64,000 nucleotides of DNA, taken from assembly GCA_030682495.1 (NCBI GenBank), contig JAUXOC010000100.1, forward strand, positions 45 through 64,044, in the 5' to 3' direction. The number at the start of each line of letters is the position of its first letter. The stretch's first letter is position 1. This DNA comes from Alphaproteobacteria bacterium (GTDB taxonomy: Bacteria; Pseudomonadota; Alphaproteobacteria; Micavibrionales; UBA2020). The notes under the pieces are model-generated. The model saw nothing but the letters and a program-made list of their open reading frames with translations. It did not search any database and was not told the DNA's origin. The position numbers and the translations under genes are program-made. This document shows positions 62,620 to 64,000 of the stretch, in pieces.

Positions 62620-62709
62620 CTGTATGCTCCGGCGTTTCGTTGAAAGAAAGCGCGGCGGCGGTATGAAACGACCAAAAGCCCCGCCGCCGCACCTCTTGCC
62701 AATACCGCC

Positions 62710-63321
62710 TTACGACGGCGTCAGCTGCAACGTGCCATTGGCCGTTGCTGTCGCCGTGCTGGCTCCGCCAACCGTCACGGTGATTACATCGCCCGCCGCA
62801 AAGACATTCAGCGCGGTCGGCGTAGCGACATCGACGTCGCCGGCAGCCGATCCGGCCTGCGTGGCCGTGATAACGCCGTTCGTCACCGCCACCCCGTTGA
62901 TCGCCAGCGTCAGCGTCGCGTTGCCCGTTGCCAGCGCGGCATTGAGCACCGAATAAGCCTTGGTGATCGATCCGGCAAAGCTGGGCACAAAGCGGAAGAC
63001 TTCCGCATCGGATGCCTTGGTGGAAATCTTCTCGAAGTTGATTTCCTGCAGCACGTTCTGCGTCACCGCAGCGTGTTCGGTCAGAACAACGTTCTCACCG
63101 ATTGCCGATACCACATAACTGCTGTGGAACGGCGTGCCGTCCAGATCGCCAGCGACAGAGATAATGTCACCAACAACAAGGACTTTTTTATGCGGGTTGA
63201 AATAACCGGCGGTTTCAACCGCCGCTTTGGTATCGTTGGTGCCGTAGCCATAAAAGCCGTTGCTCTTACCAGCGGAGCCGAAGCTCTCGATAAGGCGAAG
63301 GCCGTTGAAATCTGCGGGCAT
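62710..63321 (-). CDS. phage structural protein (possible capsid decoration/fibre)
   Basis: Start at ATG 63321 (AAGGA upstream). C-terminal half is a T/A/V/G-rich beta-like repeat (ATLTLAINGVAVTNGVITAT...VITVTVGGAST). Bracketed by two hairpins. Confidence 0.4.
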   Translation of the reverse strand: MPADFNGLRLIESFGSAGKSNGFYGYGTNDTKAAVETAGYFNPHKKVLVVGDIISVAGDLDGTPFHSSYVVSAIGENVVLTEHAAVTQNVLQEINFEKISTKASDAEVFRFVPSFAGSITKAYSVLNAALATGNATLTLAINGVAVTNGVITATQAGSAAGDVDVATPTALNVFAAGDVITVTVGGASTATATANGTLQLTPS

Positions 63322-63350
63322 GTCGTAATCCTTTCTTATTCGTTGCAGAA

Positions 63351-63385
63351 ACACAAAAGAGCGGAAGCGGCTAAGCCGCCTCCGC
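63351..63385 (-). terminator. rho-independent terminator/attenuator immediately after the capsid gene
   Basis: The minus strand reads gcggaggcggc-tta-gccgcttccgc-tcttttgtgt (11-bp stem with one G-U), 9 nt after the capsid stop. Confidence 0.6.
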
Positions 63386-63393
63386 GTCCCCCG

Positions 63394-64000
63394 TTACGTG
63401 ATGTCGACAGTGTCGTCGATGTGGTAAGCCTCGACGCCGTTCTCGTCGATCAGCGCGGCCCCCTGGCTCAGGCTGTTGTTGACGAAGAACGAATGGTAAG
63501 TGCGTTCCCAGCCCGCATCGGTGGAGATTTCCGAAGCCGTCGCGCAGGCCGCAGCCGACTGGTGATAGATAAAGCATTTCGCCTGCGAAGTGCCCTCGCC
63601 GGGCAGCCCCGTGATCATCTGCCACGTCGTCTTGCGCCAGTAGATCGCATCGGTGCCCTTCAGCCACGGGAAGAGATCGCCCGCGTATTTCGCATTGGAA
63701 ACCTGTTTCAGGTTGATAAAGTGCTCCCACGCGCCCGGCGTCAGGGCCGCAAAGCGTTTGCCATCATCCGGCACTTTGCGGGTGTTCAGTCTTTTCAGGC
63801 CTTTGGAGATCAGCGGCAGGGTAAATGCCGTGGAATAGTCGCCGGTGATCATTGTGGTTTCGTTAAGGTTGTTGATGATCATTTCATCGGTCTTGCGGCC
63901 GAGCGCCCAGGCGCCGGCATCGACCACGACCTTGCGCTCGTCATGTTCGATTTTCAGCTCGTCGAATTTGTCGATGAAATCGGGCGCGTGCCAGTCTTCC
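63394..64000 (-). CDS. major capsid protein (C-terminal part; 5' end outside the window)
   Basis: The frame is open to the window edge (...EDWHAPDFIDKFDELKIEHDERKVVVDAGAW...). Position is upstream of the tubular genes. ...KVPDDGKRFAALTP...CFIYHQSAAACATA resembles T7-type coat proteins by eye. Confidence 0.65.
   Translation of the reverse strand, partial: EDWHAPDFIDKFDELKIEHDERKVVVDAGAWALGRKTDEMIINNLNETTMITGDYSTAFTLPLISKGLKRLNTRKVPDDGKRFAALTPGAWEHFINLKQVSNAKYAGDLFPWLKGTDAIYWRKTTWQMITGLPGEGTSQAKCFIYHQSAAACATASEISTDAGWERTYHSFFVNNSLSQGAALIDENGVEAYHIDDTVDIT

Larger units (their letters stand above)
49365..64000 (-). mobile_element. prophage (T7-type podovirus late/structural plus lysis region), left end at tRNA-Lys, runs off the window
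   Basis: Housekeeping genes end at the tRNA 3' end and only phage-type genes follow. All genes are on the minus strand with 1-14 nt overlaps. Order is capsid, tubular A/B-like, three internal-virion-like proteins, fibre, holin, endolysin, spanins. Confidence 0.75.

Overview
High-GC chromosomal window whose conserved gene order looks alphaproteobacterial (glnB-glnA; nlpD-pcm-surE-serS-tatCBA-scpBA-nagZ-SPOR-argS-dgt/erpA; merR-ihfA-fabH-plsX-rpmF-yceD/bamE; hppA/gyrA; coaD). Order or genus cannot be resolved from sequence alone. Three tRNA genes are present: His-GUG, Pro-GGG and Lys-UUU. Three parts are not housekeeping. (1) 4.7-8.4 kb encodes a 946-aa exported protein with two proline-rich low-complexity spacers and a lysozyme-like C-terminal region, followed by a small exported protein. 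(2) 25.3-36.2 kb is a mosaic accessory block. It holds a membrane zincin, a MarR-GNAT fusion, an apparently catalytically dead M48/HtpX-like protein and a PiT-like permease. It also holds a Tat-signal protein with an HNH-like motif that overlaps a SUKH/SMI1-like gene, a second orphan SUKH paralog, a methyltransferase, a frameshifted kinase-like gene, tRNA-Pro and a bacterial serpin. (3) From the 3' end of tRNA-Lys (49364) to the window edge, all genes are on the minus strand and tightly packed. Their order and sizes parallel the T7-type podovirus late module (capsid, tubular A/B, internal virion proteins, fibre) plus a complete lysis cassette (holin, M15 endolysin, overlapped spanins), so I call this a prophage that runs off the window. 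Two genes below the ORF-track cutoff were recovered by hand: tatA (59 aa) and rpmF (58 aa). Other points: a perfect 20-bp tandem duplication forming 10-bp-phased ACAYTC hexamers next to a consensus DnaA box upstream of gyrA, extreme poly-acidic tails on ScpA and ScpB, and a sigma-54-like promoter upstream of glnB. All functional calls rest on motif recognition by eye and on synteny; no database search was possible. The many long ORFs antisense to real genes are treated as high-GC shadow ORFs.
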